This document shows positions 20,854 through 32,807 of a DNA stretch of 64,000 bases, in pieces. The first letter of the stretch is position 1, and each line of letters starts with the position of its first letter. Source of the DNA: an uncultured delta proteobacterium. GTDB lineage: Bacteria > Desulfobacterota > Binatia > UBA9968. The notes beneath the pieces were generated by a model. The model searched no databases and had not been told where the DNA came from. It worked only from the letters and a program-made list of their open reading frames with translations. The stretch covers positions 22,079-86,078 of the forward strand of contig CAWDPO010000038.1 in the NCBI GenBank assembly GCA_963804165.1, given 5' to 3'. The translations under genes and the position numbers were made by a program.

Positions 20854-20882
20854 ATTTTAGTCGAGCGGGTGGGCTAAATCAA
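20854..20882 (-). promoter_or_regulatory. Sigma70-type promoter for the zinc-ribbon gene
   Basis: TTGATT-17 nt-TAAAAT on the minus strand. Confidence 0.5.
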
Positions 20883-20909
20883 GCAAGCATTTCAAACGTA
20901 TTCGATAAA

Positions 20910-20948
20910 TAAAAAGGGATAACCGAGTTGGGCCGGTCACCCCTTTTT
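20910..20948 (-). terminator. Intrinsic terminator after the amidohydrolase
   Basis: Minus strand GGGGTGACCG-loop-CGGTTATCCC then TTTTT; T-run on the plus strand too. Confidence 0.7.
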
Positions 20949-21005
20949 TGCGCAGGAGGTCAGGGAGGACTACTGAGCTTGTTTTTCAATCAGAGCGCCA
21001 ATCGG

Positions 21006-22100
21006 CTAGAGCCCGTAAAATTTTCGTGCGTTTTCATCGAGTAGCTTCCTTCGCGCAGTGGCCGGAAGGTCATCGCGATCGCGCAAGAATTTCGCAGTTC
21101 CTTCGGTGCGATCGGCGTGCGGGTAGTCGGAAGAGAAAATGAACAAATCTTCGCCGACCTCCTCGACCACTCGGCCGAGGAAAGACTCATTGCCTTCACA
21201 ACCGAAGAAAATACGGCCCGATTTAAGATAATCGCTTGGCGGATGGCTGAGTAAATCCTTGGCGCCGTAGCGCGGGTTTTCAAAGTGATCGTCCATGCGC
21301 TCGACATGCGCGGGCACCCAACTGATACCGCCTTCGAGAAAAGCAAATCTGAGATTCTCATAACGGTCCAGCAATCCCGAGCACAGGACGCTCGTCAGGC
21401 CGGCCATGATTGGCAGGATGCCGGCCAATACACGGTTTGGAAAGTGGTGCTCGAAAAGTTTATCGACGACCGGAAACTGCAGGCTGAAATGAACCGCGAT
21501 GGGCATCTTCAAACGGTCAGCGGCGGCAAAGAAAACTTCATGATCAGGATGGTCGAGGCGCTTGGCGCCGACCGTGCCATTGATCATAACCGCGTTAACC
21601 CCCAGTTCACGCAACCGCGTAAGTTCCGTAGCGGCCCCCTGGGCATCTTGCAGCGATACCACGCCTACGGCCTTGAGCCGGTCCGGCGCACGATTACAAG
21701 CTTCGGCCAGCCAGGTGTTGTAAGCGCGACATACTCCCATCGCCAGGATGCCGTCGAGCCAAGCATTGACGTGCAAAAGAAAGCTCGGGTAAATGAACTG
21801 CAGGTCGATACCCTCTCTGTCGAGGTCTTCCAAGCGCTCTTTTACATTCGTTAACGTCTGACTTCCCGATGAAGCACGCCGCGCGGATTGCAGCGCTTGG
21901 CCCGGAGGAGCGGCTGTGCCTGGGGCTCCGGCGCCCTTGATCGAGGGTCTTTTGTAGGGCGTCTGCCCATCGACGACCCAAAAGTTATGGCCCTGGTCGT
22001 CCTTTAGCAATCTCGGCCGGTAGTTTCTGAGCGACGGCTCCATATGATTCTCAAACATTTCTTCGGTCTCAAAAAAGTGCCCGTCACCGTCGATAATCAT
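21006..22100 (-). CDS. Amidohydrolase_2 family protein
   Basis: IIDGDGH, IAVH, FLEGGISW, FSSDYPH motifs. Confidence 0.9.
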   Translation of the reverse strand: MIIDGDGHFFETEEMFENHMEPSLRNYRPRLLKDDQGHNFWVVDGQTPYKRPSIKGAGAPGTAAPPGQALQSARRASSGSQTLTNVKERLEDLDREGIDLQFIYPSFLLHVNAWLDGILAMGVCRAYNTWLAEACNRAPDRLKAVGVVSLQDAQGAATELTRLRELGVNAVMINGTVGAKRLDHPDHEVFFAAADRLKMPIAVHFSLQFPVVDKLFEHHFPNRVLAGILPIMAGLTSVLCSGLLDRYENLRFAFLEGGISWVPAHVERMDDHFENPRYGAKDLLSHPPSDYLKSGRIFFGCEGNESFLGRVVEEVGEDLFIFSSDYPHADRTEGTAKFLRDRDDLPATARRKLLDENARKFYGL

Positions 22101-22214
22101 AGCTCAATCCTTTTTGCCAAAATTACTGTTCGATTGGATGTGAAAATAAATGTATCGACATATATTTTGACGATTTCCGGTTTTGATCTTCAACCGGCTC
22201 AGCGCGCTCCCCGC

Positions 22215-22988
22215 TCATTTCGAACGCTGGGAAACGGCCTCGGGGTTCAGCCCCGTGGGACACGGATAAGCTTTGATACTGTGCTTGATCCGGTTGCGCG
22301 CCATCAGTTCGGCGTAACTCACTCCGACCGCTTTGGTATTAACGACCGGCACGCCCAGCTGCGGCTCCAGTTCTTCGGGCGTGACGACGTAAGGATAGAT
22401 TTTCCCGCCGAGCGGAATGATCGCCTCGGCGCCCTGCCGAACTAATTCTTTGCCGACCTCGAGAGTGCGCTCGACGACGACGTCATGGTAGCCCGAAAGA
22501 TCGCCGGTGTCGTACAGACCCACCGTGCGAATGCCGCTGACAAACGGCGTCATGCCGTAAGTCTGGACGATTCTCATGGTGTGGGGCATGTGGGTTTCGA
22601 GCGGGACGATGAGACCGAAGCGGTCGCAAATACACGCCGCGAAATGCAGCGACGCGCGCAGTAAACCGATCACGGGAATGCGCACGGCTAACCGGCTCGC
22701 TTCGACGCCAGGGTCGAAGGTGTTGCTCTGGATTACGGCGTCAAATCCTTGTTGTTCGGCTTCGATAGCTTTTTTCACCAACGCCGGTGTTTCGAGGATA
22801 TGATGCAATCCCGACAACGCCTTCCGTTCTTCGAGCAGGCTCAACACTGCGCCGCCGCCAAGGTCCTCCGGATAGGCCAACTCGAAGGTCGTGTCCGGCG
22901 AAGCATAGCTCTTGAGCAGCTTAACGATATGGCTTTCGAGTTCGGCCGAGTGGCGCTTGTAGGAATGGTTTAAAAACATGAAGCGCAT
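22215..22988 (-). CDS. Asp/Glu/hydantoin racemase-fold protein
   Basis: AEQQGFDAVI..FDPGVEASR.AV.IPVIG, GAEAIIPLG, LGVPVVN pattern; AAGGAGG RBS. Confidence 0.8.
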   Translation of the reverse strand: MRFMFLNHSYKRHSAELESHIVKLLKSYASPDTTFELAYPEDLGGGAVLSLLEERKALSGLHHILETPALVKKAIEAEQQGFDAVIQSNTFDPGVEASRLAVRIPVIGLLRASLHFAACICDRFGLIVPLETHMPHTMRIVQTYGMTPFVSGIRTVGLYDTGDLSGYHDVVVERTLEVGKELVRQGAEAIIPLGGKIYPYVVTPEELEPQLGVPVVNTKAVGVSYAELMARNRIKHSIKAYPCPTGLNPEAVSQRSK

Positions 22989-23053
22989 GGTTTACCTCCT
23001 TCGGGGATTCAACAATAAGGCAAAAACGTCGAATACGACGTGGACTAAAAATT

Positions 23054-24088
23054 TCACTGTCGCGCACCAAAAATCGCCCGTAGTTGTTTGGCGTATTCGT
23101 CCAGTTTTTCCGCCAGCGCGGGATTGACCGGGACAATTTTCAATCCTTTCAGCATGACTGCTTGTTCATTGGCAAGGTCGCCGCGCGCGACCAGCCGCCC
23201 TGGAGTCTGCATCAGCTTTTGCCCTTCGCGTGAAAGCGCAAAATCGAGAAAAACTTTGGCGGCGTTCGGATGCGGCGCTTGCGCGGCGATACCGATGCCG
23301 ACCATGACCGCCGGCGCGTCGCCCAGCGCTGTCCAATCGATCGGCGCGCCCCGTTCCTTCATGCGCTCCACGGAAGCGGCGGGAATATTGACATCAATGA
23401 CGCCTTCGCCGGCGGCGACGAGCTGAGCCAGTAGTTCATGGCCCTCGCGCGGGCTTGGCTGTTGCTTGGCGAGCTCGCGCATGTACTTCAAGCCGCGTTC
23501 CTGTCCCATGATTTGCAGCATGCCGGCAAACCACTCCGCCTTGGTTCCCTCCATCATCAACTTGCCTTTCCAGGTGGGATCGAGCAGGTCGTTATAAGTT
23601 TTCGGCAGCGAGCGCGCGGCGACGAGTCTAGTGTTGTACCCGGTCACGTACGTATTGTAGTAAACCGTGGTCCAAAATCCCTCTTCCTTGAACTCTTTGC
23701 GATAGAACACATTGGCCTGTGGCGTGTAACGCGCCAATACGCCGCTGCGGTTGAATAGGTGCATGCTGAATTCGACGGTCTGAATGACGTCCGCAAGAGT
23801 TTTCTTTGCGCGCGCTTCGGTGAGGACTCGCGTCAGGAGCTTTTCACTGCCGGTCCTGTTGAGTTTGACCTTGATGAACGGATAGCGCTTTTCAAATTCA
23901 CTGATCACGGCGTTGGCTTCGCTGAGATTCATCGACGCGTAATAGACCACTTCGCCTTCACGTTTCGCTGCGTCGATGAGGCTGTCATTGCTCGCCGCTC
24001 TGATGAAAGCCGGTGGAACCGCGGCAAAGAGCAGAGCGGCAAGCCAAAAGTCCAGTCGAATTTTTCGTCCGGCCATGCGGGAAGGCAT
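23054..24088 (-). CDS. Extracellular solute-binding protein (AfuA/Fe3+-type fold)
   Basis: Signal peptide; AAKREGEVVYY, DLLDPTWKGK, APHPNAAKVFLDF. Confidence 0.85.
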   Translation of the reverse strand: MPSRMAGRKIRLDFWLAALLFAAVPPAFIRAASNDSLIDAAKREGEVVYYASMNLSEANAVISEFEKRYPFIKVKLNRTGSEKLLTRVLTEARAKKTLADVIQTVEFSMHLFNRSGVLARYTPQANVFYRKEFKEEGFWTTVYYNTYVTGYNTRLVAARSLPKTYNDLLDPTWKGKLMMEGTKAEWFAGMLQIMGQERGLKYMRELAKQQPSPREGHELLAQLVAAGEGVIDVNIPAASVERMKERGAPIDWTALGDAPAVMVGIGIAAQAPHPNAAKVFLDFALSREGQKLMQTPGRLVARGDLANEQAVMLKGLKIVPVNPALAEKLDEYAKQLRAIFGARQ

Positions 24089-24091
24089 CTC

Positions 24092-25018
24092 CTATTTGGT
24101 CAACGAAGCGATAAAACCGTTGTCTTCAAGTTCGCGGATGAAGCGGTCGTCGACGAATCTTGCGGCGCTGGCACCGCGCGCCTCCGGCAACTCCTTGGCC
24201 ATGAAATCGAGCAAAGTTTGCAGTGCAGCGATGACCGGGTAGGGTGCGCGCGGCATGCCGGGTTGCGTCAGGTCGTAGGTTTCTGCCGCGATGGTTCGAT
24301 CGGCAATGCCGCTGTAATCGGCCTGAACGTCGACGGTAAATTCACGGTCGGTGCGGTAGCGGTGCATGCCTTCGACGTAAGCTTTGACGAACTTGCGCGT
24401 GACCTCGGGATTCTTTTCGATATAATCGCGCCGCGCGGCGATGCCGCCAAGCGCGTAGTTAAGGCCGTACTCGGCGAAATCGATCAAATATTTGCAGCCA
24501 TGCCGGATCGCGTCGATGCACTCCGGTGGCGTGCCGACGACGACATCGACTTTACCGCTGAGCAGGGCTTCGAGCTCGACCTCGGCGCCAGGGGATATCG
24601 GTTCTTCGCGCAGGCCCTTGATCCCTGCTGCGTCCAATTTTGCGATGACGAATTTAACCAGCACATCGCCAATGCCGCCGTCGCCGACCGTGCCGATTCT
24701 TTTTCCCGCCAGTTCCTGGCGGCTATTTAGACCAGAACGGCCGACGATGAACTGCTGATTAATTCCACCGGTCAAGAAGACGACATCCGCCTCGCCCTTG
24801 AGATTTGCTCGTAGCGGCGCCGGTGCCGCCATGTTGCCGAACTGAATTTCGCCGGCCATCAAGCCGCGAACAACGCCCCTCGCGCCGCCCATGATGCGCG
24901 GTCGATCGATGGCCAATCCGTACTTAGCGAACAACCCGGCTTTCCAAGTCACCATCATCGGCCCGGCTCCTTGGCCGATCGTGGCAAAACCGGCGTTGAT
25001 GGGTATGAGATCGCTCAT
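24092..25018 (-). CDS. NMT1/TauA/SsuA-like substrate-binding-fold protein
   Basis: GLFAKYGL, LAGKRIG, ALLSGKVD, NPEVTRKFVKAY, FVDDRF; start uncertain. Confidence 0.8.
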   Translation of the reverse strand: MSDLIPINAGFATIGQGAGPMMVTWKAGLFAKYGLAIDRPRIMGGARGVVRGLMAGEIQFGNMAAPAPLRANLKGEADVVFLTGGINQQFIVGRSGLNSRQELAGKRIGTVGDGGIGDVLVKFVIAKLDAAGIKGLREEPISPGAEVELEALLSGKVDVVVGTPPECIDAIRHGCKYLIDFAEYGLNYALGGIAARRDYIEKNPEVTRKFVKAYVEGMHRYRTDREFTVDVQADYSGIADRTIAAETYDLTQPGMPRAPYPVIAALQTLLDFMAKELPEARGASAARFVDDRFIRELEDNGFIASLTK

Positions 25019-25486
25019 CAAGGCTCCGATACAATCCGTATTCGCTCGGGTTAATTCGAGCAACGCAACCCCGCTCAGGGGTTTTCTATCTCCTAACACG
25101 CGATAGTGATCTCAAGTCAAGTATGCGCGATCTATCGAAAGGCAAATTCTGTCGACGAAATTTGCGAAACCAAGTCGCGTTGATGTAGTTTCGTCAGTCA
25201 TTTTGCCTGCAAAATCTGCCGCTGGACGGACCCAGTTTCACTTCCGTTGACAAGTTCTAAATAGAGCAGATAATTGATTTTATAATTCACGCGCGGCGCT
25301 TGGATTTCTATCAGGTGGAGCACAACTGATCGCATCGCGCTAGGGTAGCGCGTGTGGCGCGATACCATTGCGGGGCTCAACTCGGTGTCAATTTTTTGCC
25401 GCACCGATCGCAAGCGATCAGAACACCTGAGACAATGTTGGACAGTCGTGTAAAGAATAAGATAAGTTTGCCGATTTTTGATTTGA

Positions 25487-28400
25487 ATGAATAGGTTTTT
25501 GACCAAACCGCCGCTGCGGTTGATCGCGGAATGGTTCGTGATCGCCGGAATCTATATTGTCAGCGGGCAGATTACTCCCCATATCTCCATCCCGCAGGGC
25601 GGTGGATCCCCCTTATGGCCGCCGTCAGCGATTGCTCTGGCGGCTGGTTTAATTGTCGGTTACCGCGCCGGTGTCGGTGTCTGGTTGGGCGCCTTTCTGC
25701 TGAACTATTTATGGATCTTTAGTCCAACTGGACCGGTGGTTGCGGCGGCGTTGGCGACCGGCTCTACCGTTCAATTGCTTGTCGCCGTGTTGCTGATTCG
25801 AAAATTTGTCCCCGACCTTTGTGTTCAAAGCCAAGCAGGCGTTGATCTGCGATCGCCGAGCACCGGACGCGACATACTTTGCTTCATTGGATTTACCGCG
25901 GTCAGTTCGCTGCTATCGCCGTCCGTTGCCGTCGTGAGCCTCAAGCACGCTGGCTTCATTGCCTGGAACGATATGGCACCCGTGTGGGCGACTTGGTGGG
26001 TGAGCGATTACGCCGGCATTCTGACGTTGACGCCGTTGTTGATGGTGATCGTTTTGACGTGGCGCCAGCGAAACGTTTTCGAACCTATTGTATTTCCGCT
26101 CACCACGGTCTGGTTGGGACTTTCGCTCGTCGTTTCCTATATCGTCTGGCAAAATAAGACCCTTGGGGCGGTCGAGCGGCTGCGCCAGGACACGCAGGCA
26201 GTTGCAGGTCGGTTCGAGAGAGGTATCGAGCGCGCTGCGGAACAGATGCAGGCGGTCGAAGGGCTTCTGGTCGCTTCCGAGAATATTAGGCGGCAGGATT
26301 TTCAAAAGTTTGTTGCGCGGCTCGGTGCTGAGGATAAATCGCGACTCGTCTTTCAATGGGCGCCCCGAATCAAGCTCGAAGAGCGAAACAAATTTGAAGG
26401 TCAGGTTCGGCAGGCTGGGATGCCGGAATTTACAATTTTCGAGAGGACCGCCCTCGGTCACCGGGTCACGGCGGAGAGCCGGCCGGAATATTATCCGATT
26501 CTCTACACAGAGCCTCAGGGCGAAGCCAAAGACGATTTGGGACTGGACCTAGGTTCGATTCCAGACGCTTTGGCGGTGCTGAGCTCGATCCGCGACAGCG
26601 GTCGCTTGACTGGTGCGCTCTCCACGCCGTGGCCGCCCAAGAAGAACCAACCACCGCAATTTTTTCTCTACAATCCGGTCTACCAGAATCAGATGGACGA
26701 CGGTTCTGTGACCGCGCGCCGGGACCATTTCCTCGGTTATATTCGAACCGAAATTCCGGTAACGACTTTTCTGACGACTTCCTTAGGCGCCGGCGCGGCG
26801 CGGCAACGCGAAGTTTATCTCTTTGATGTGACGGATGAAGACGAGCCGTTGTTCCTAGCCGCTTCCGTGGCTTGGGCCGTCCCGGCGAACGAGTCTTTAC
26901 CGGCGCTAAGCGCGCACAAATTGGCGCAGCTGCAAACGTCCTCGAATCAGGCTTCGCAAACCGAGCTCGGTGGACGCCAGCTCCTGTTTGTGGTGCGGCC
27001 CGGATCCGGCCAATCTTGGATCGAGGGAATGTGGGATGTCATAGGGATCATGTTAATCGGCGGGCTGATCACCGCAGCGCTCATCGTTTATTTGAGAATG
27101 CGCGATCGCGCGTTGGGACAGATGCAAAATGCGGAAAAGCATTATCGTGAGCTTTTTGATTCTGCGCCGGCGATGTACGTGATCACACGGGATGAAAAAG
27201 GCGTGCCGATCATTTCCGACTGTAATGCCCTATTCTTGAAGACGCTCAAGTACGAGCGCAAGGACGTGATCGGCCATTCGCTCGCCGAGTTTCACTCCCC
27301 CGAATCGCGGCTAAGATTGCTGAGCGAGGGTGGTTATCGCGGCGCCATGGCAGGCAGAATCGTCTCGGGTGAACGCGAACTTGTCAGGAGCGACGGACGG
27401 ATCATACCGGTGTTGTTGCGCGGCGACCCGATCGCCGATGACGACGGCGCAGTCGTTGGCACGCGTGCCATGTATGTGGACAATCGCGAGCAGAAATCAG
27501 CCGAAGAACAGATGCGCTTGGTCGTCGAATCGGCGCCGAATGGCATGCTCATGATCGACTCGAAAGGGACCATCACATTAGTCAATACAAAAATCGAGCA
27601 ACTGTTCGGTTATCGCCGGCAGGATCTGCTCGGCAAGTCCATCGAAATGTTGATTCCTCAACGCTTTCGCGGGTTCCTTCAGCAACTGCGCGAAGAATAC
27701 TTCAGCGATCCCGATGCTCGCACCGTGGGCCGCGGAGAGGAGATTCTCGCCCTGCGGATGGACGGCAGCGAATTTCCAGTCGAGATCGGCTTGAATCCGA
27801 TCAATTCGTCCGGCGGGTTGCAAGTACTGGCCTCTGTCTTGGACATCAGCGAGCGCAAATTGGTGGAAGAGGAAATCCGCGCGCTTAACGTTACCCTCGA
27901 ACGTCGGGTGAAGGAGCGGACCGAGGAAATTCAAGCGTTGAACGCTACTTTGGAACAGCGCGTTATTGAACGGACAAAAGAGCTTGAGACGGAAAACTCC
28001 CAGCGCCGATCCATCGAGAGCGAACTCCAACACGCCCATGACGAACTCCAGCGTTCGGTGCTGGAATTGGAACGCCACAACCAGGAGATGCGCCTCGTCG
28101 GCGAGATGGTCGAGCTGCTTGAGTCCTGCCGCAGCGTCGACGAAGCCTACGAAATCATCAGTCGGCGTCTCCCCCTCTTGCTGCACAGCACGAGCGGCGC
28201 TCTCTATATGATGAGGGCGTCGCGCAATTTCCTCGATTACGTGGGTTGCTGGGGTGGACCCACCGGCGATTTTGAAAAGACCGTCGATCCCGAAGACTGT
28301 TGGGCATTGCGGCGCAACAAGCCGCATGGAATGGAATCCGAGGCGTCCGATCTCATTTGCAAACATGTCGAGGATGCCGGGGGTCCGCCCCATCCGTATC

Positions 28401-29113
28401 TGTGCTTGCCCATGGTTGCCCACGGCGAAATCATGGGATTACTCCACATTCGTTACACCGATGATAACGAAGTCGGAAGAAGCATCATCGCCAACTCTGC
28501 GAAGGGGATATCGGAACAACTGTCCCTGATATTGGCAAATTTGCGCTTGAGGGAAACCCTCAAGAACCAAAGCATCCGCGACCCGCAAACGGGCTTGTTC
28601 AACCGCCGCTATATGGAAGATTCATTGGATCGCGAATTGAACCGTGCCGAGCGTTCGGGAAAACCCCTGGTGGTGGCGATGCTGGACCTTGATCATTTCA
28701 AAAATCTCAATGACAGATTTGGCCACACCGCCGGCGATGCCGTGTTGCAGGAATGGAGCAATATTCTAAAATCCAAATTCCGTGGCAGCGATATTGTCTG
28801 TCGATACGGCGGTGAAGAATTCGTCATTATCTTGCCCGAGATCGCCCCCGACGCCGCGCACCAGCGTTTGGAGCAGCTCCGCGAAGACCTGCAACGGATG
28901 ATCGTGCGCCAGGACGGCCAATCGATTGAAAGCGTAACTGTGTCGATCGGCATCGCGTACTACCCGGTCCATGGTCGCACGATGCTTGATTTATTGCATT
29001 CAGCGGACCAAGCGCTCTATCGCGCCAAGGAAATGGGACGCAATTGCGCTGTGATGGCCGCTGAACAGCCACAAGAAGAAGCCCGCTCGGATTGGTCCTT
29101 ACGGACTTCTTGA
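25487..29113 (+). CDS. Membrane diguanylate cyclase, MASE1-CHASE-PAS-PAS-GAF-GGDEF
   Basis: LWPPSAIA and WWVSDYAG (MASE1); QWAPRI, YYPILYTEP, LGLD (CHASE); DGSEFPVEI (PAS); DLDHFK.LND.FGH, RGSD I-site, GGEEF. Confidence 0.92.
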   Translation: MNRFLTKPPLRLIAEWFVIAGIYIVSGQITPHISIPQGGGSPLWPPSAIALAAGLIVGYRAGVGVWLGAFLLNYLWIFSPTGPVVAAALATGSTVQLLVAVLLIRKFVPDLCVQSQAGVDLRSPSTGRDILCFIGFTAVSSLLSPSVAVVSLKHAGFIAWNDMAPVWATWWVSDYAGILTLTPLLMVIVLTWRQRNVFEPIVFPLTTVWLGLSLVVSYIVWQNKTLGAVERLRQDTQAVAGRFERGIERAAEQMQAVEGLLVASENIRRQDFQKFVARLGAEDKSRLVFQWAPRIKLEERNKFEGQVRQAGMPEFTIFERTALGHRVTAESRPEYYPILYTEPQGEAKDDLGLDLGSIPDALAVLSSIRDSGRLTGALSTPWPPKKNQPPQFFLYNPVYQNQMDDGSVTARRDHFLGYIRTEIPVTTFLTTSLGAGAARQREVYLFDVTDEDEPLFLAASVAWAVPANESLPALSAHKLAQLQTSSNQASQTELGGRQLLFVVRPGSGQSWIEGMWDVIGIMLIGGLITAALIVYLRMRDRALGQMQNAEKHYRELFDSAPAMYVITRDEKGVPIISDCNALFLKTLKYERKDVIGHSLAEFHSPESRLRLLSEGGYRGAMAGRIVSGERELVRSDGRIIPVLLRGDPIADDDGAVVGTRAMYVDNREQKSAEEQMRLVVESAPNGMLMIDSKGTITLVNTKIEQLFGYRRQDLLGKSIEMLIPQRFRGFLQQLREEYFSDPDARTVGRGEEILALRMDGSEFPVEIGLNPINSSGGLQVLASVLDISERKLVEEEIRALNVTLERRVKERTEEIQALNATLEQRVIERTKELETENSQRRSIESELQHAHDELQRSVLELERHNQEMRLVGEMVELLESCRSVDEAYEIISRRLPLLLHSTSGALYMMRASRNFLDYVGCWGGPTGDFEKTVDPEDCWALRRNKPHGMESEASDLICKHVEDAGGPPHPYLCLPMVAHGEIMGLLHIRYTDDNEVGRSIIANSAKGISEQLSLILANLRLRETLKNQSIRDPQTGLFNRRYMEDSLDRELNRAERSGKPLVVAMLDLDHFKNLNDRFGHTAGDAVLQEWSNILKSKFRGSDIVCRYGGEEFVIILPEIAPDAAHQRLEQLREDLQRMIVRQDGQSIESVTVSIGIAYYPVHGRTMLDLLHSADQALYRAKEMGRNCAVMAAEQPQEEARSDWSLRTS

Positions 29114-29385
29114 AAATCGTCATAAGAAGATTTTTGACGAAAGCACGCTCGGACAAATACCCGACCGAGCGCAATCCTCTCAATCCCGGTGCAGCCTTGA
29201 GGAGTTTTGACCGCGGGTTGATCACCGTTTGTGAGTTCGGACGGTTGCTGTAATGCCGGCACGGGTCGCCTGATTCGCCTGACGGGCCATTGAGATATTG
29301 TTTTCTTACATTCCGAGAATCTGATCACGTAAGCTTTCAAAAAAAGCGTCCAGTGTTGATTTTGACGCGCGTCGCGAAAATCTCG

Positions 29386-29414
29386 TTGACACCTATTCCC
29401 GCTCCACGTATATT
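29386..29414 (+). promoter_or_regulatory. Sigma70-type promoter of the kdsB-pyrG operon
   Basis: TTGACA-17 nt-TATATT. Confidence 0.65.
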
Positions 29415-29526
29415 GAAATTCCGTGATGCGCTTTCCCCAAAAGCCATTGCGGTTTTTTATTTTTCGGCAAGACCGCGAGCTTGAACGATCGTTTCGTCGT
29501 CGTCGCACCTCTGAATTCAACACCCG

Positions 29527-30300
29527 ATGAGCGTTGTGGCTATCATCCCGGCGCGCTATGGCTCGACCCGGCTGCCGGGAAAACCATTGGCTGCCATCGG
29601 CGGCAAACCGATGATCCAGCATGTCTATGAAAGCGTATGCAAGGCGCGGGATTTGGATCGAGTCTTGGTTGCGACAGACGATCGTCGTATTGAACGAGCT
29701 GTAATGAGCTTTGGCGGTGAGGTGATGATGACATCGAAGCATCACGCCAGCGGCACCGACCGGTTGGCGGAAGTGGCGCGCAAGGTCAAGGCGGATTGGT
29801 TGGTGAACGTACAAGGTGACTTGCCGTTTATTCATGCGGAAACGATTGCACGAGCGGTGCGTCCCATGCGGCGAAATCGAGCGCTACCGATGGCGACCGT
29901 GTGCACGCCGATTTACGACTTCGCCGAATGGCGCGACCCCAATGTTGTCAAAGTCCTCAGTAACCGTGCTGGATTCGCGCTTTATTTTTCACGGGCGCCG
30001 ATTCCTTACGTGCGGAACAGCGTGATTGACCCAGACGGGCAAGGATTGACGCGCCAACCGAAGCGGCGCTTGTGGGGTTATCGGCACTTGGGGCTATACG
30101 TCTATCGGCGCGACTTTCTATTTAAGTTTGCAGGACTACAGCGAACAGAGCTGGAAAGGATCGAGAGTTTGGAGCAGCTTCGGGCGCTCCAGAACGGTTA
30201 CCTAATTTATGTCGCAAAGGTGGACGAGAGGTCGGTCGAAGTCGATACCCGGGAAGATTTAAAAAAGGCCGAGCGTTACTTGAAACTGCAGCTTAACTGA
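29527..30300 (+). CDS. kdsB: 3-deoxy-manno-octulosonate cytidylyltransferase
   Basis: IPARYGSTRLPGKPL, NVQGD, LYFSRAPIP, ESLEQLRAL. Confidence 0.95.
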   Translation: MSVVAIIPARYGSTRLPGKPLAAIGGKPMIQHVYESVCKARDLDRVLVATDDRRIERAVMSFGGEVMMTSKHHASGTDRLAEVARKVKADWLVNVQGDLPFIHAETIARAVRPMRRNRALPMATVCTPIYDFAEWRDPNVVKVLSNRAGFALYFSRAPIPYVRNSVIDPDGQGLTRQPKRRLWGYRHLGLYVYRRDFLFKFAGLQRTELERIESLEQLRALQNGYLIYVAKVDERSVEVDTREDLKKAERYLKLQLN

Positions 30301-31956
<1,656 letters not shown>

Positions 31957-31970
31957 CGCCCGCTCGTTCG

Positions 31971-32807
31971 ATGACGCCCAAAATCATCACGATGGGGAAG
32001 TTTCAGATCGGTGGCGGATTGCCGCTTGTCGTGATCGCCGGCCCGTGCGTGATTGAAAGTAAAGAGTCGGCGTTGCGGCACGCCTCGGCGCTCAAAGAGA
32101 AGGCTGACCGCGTTGGGGTTCCTTACGTGTTTAAATCTTCCTATGACAAGGCGAACCGATCGTCGGTGAGCTCGTTTCGCGGACCCGGGCTGGAAAAAGG
32201 TCTGGAAATTCTCGCCGAGGTCAAAATTAAAGTCGGCGTGCCGATTCTTACCGACGTGCACGAAATCGACCAGGTCGAGCCAGTAAAAAAAGTTGCCGAC
32301 ATCCTGCAAATTCCCGCGTTTCTCTGCCGTCAGACGGATTTCGTCCTGGCAGTGGCCAATTCCGGCAAAATCATCAATGTAAAAAAAGGCCAATTTCTCG
32401 CGCCCTGGGACATGGGCAATATCGTCGAGAAAATCCGCTCGACCGGCAACGACCAAATCCTGCTCACCGAGCGCGGCGCTTCCTTCGGTTACAACAACTT
32501 GGTTTCCGATATGCGCGCGCTCGTCGTGATGCGCGAGCTCGGTTACCCCGTGGTCTTCGACGCGACCCACAGTCTGCAATTGCCAGGTGGTCTGGGACAC
32601 GCCTCCGGCGGCGAGCGCAAGTATATTCCCGCATTGGCTCGCGCCGCTGTGGCAGCGGGCGTCGATGCGCTTTTTATGGAGGTTCATGACGACCCAGACC
32701 ACGCCAAAAGCGACGGGCCGAACTCGCTCGATCTAAAGGATTTCGAAGGTCTGCTTAGGGTCGTCAAACAACTCGACGATTTGGTGAAGGCCGGCGGTCA
32801 ACGATGA
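31971..32807 (+). CDS. kdsA: KDO 8-phosphate synthase
   Basis: [34 protein letters not shown]. Confidence 0.97.
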   Translation: MTPKIITMGKFQIGGGLPLVVIAGPCVIESKESALRHASALKEKADRVGVPYVFKSSYDKANRSSVSSFRGPGLEKGLEILAEVKIKVGVPILTDVHEIDQVEPVKKVADILQIPAFLCRQTDFVLAVANSGKIINVKKGQFLAPWDMGNIVEKIRSTGNDQILLTERGASFGYNNLVSDMRALVVMRELGYPVVFDATHSLQLPGGLGHASGGERKYIPALARAAVAAGVDALFMEVHDDPDHAKSDGPNSLDLKDFEGLLRVVKQLDDLVKAGGQR

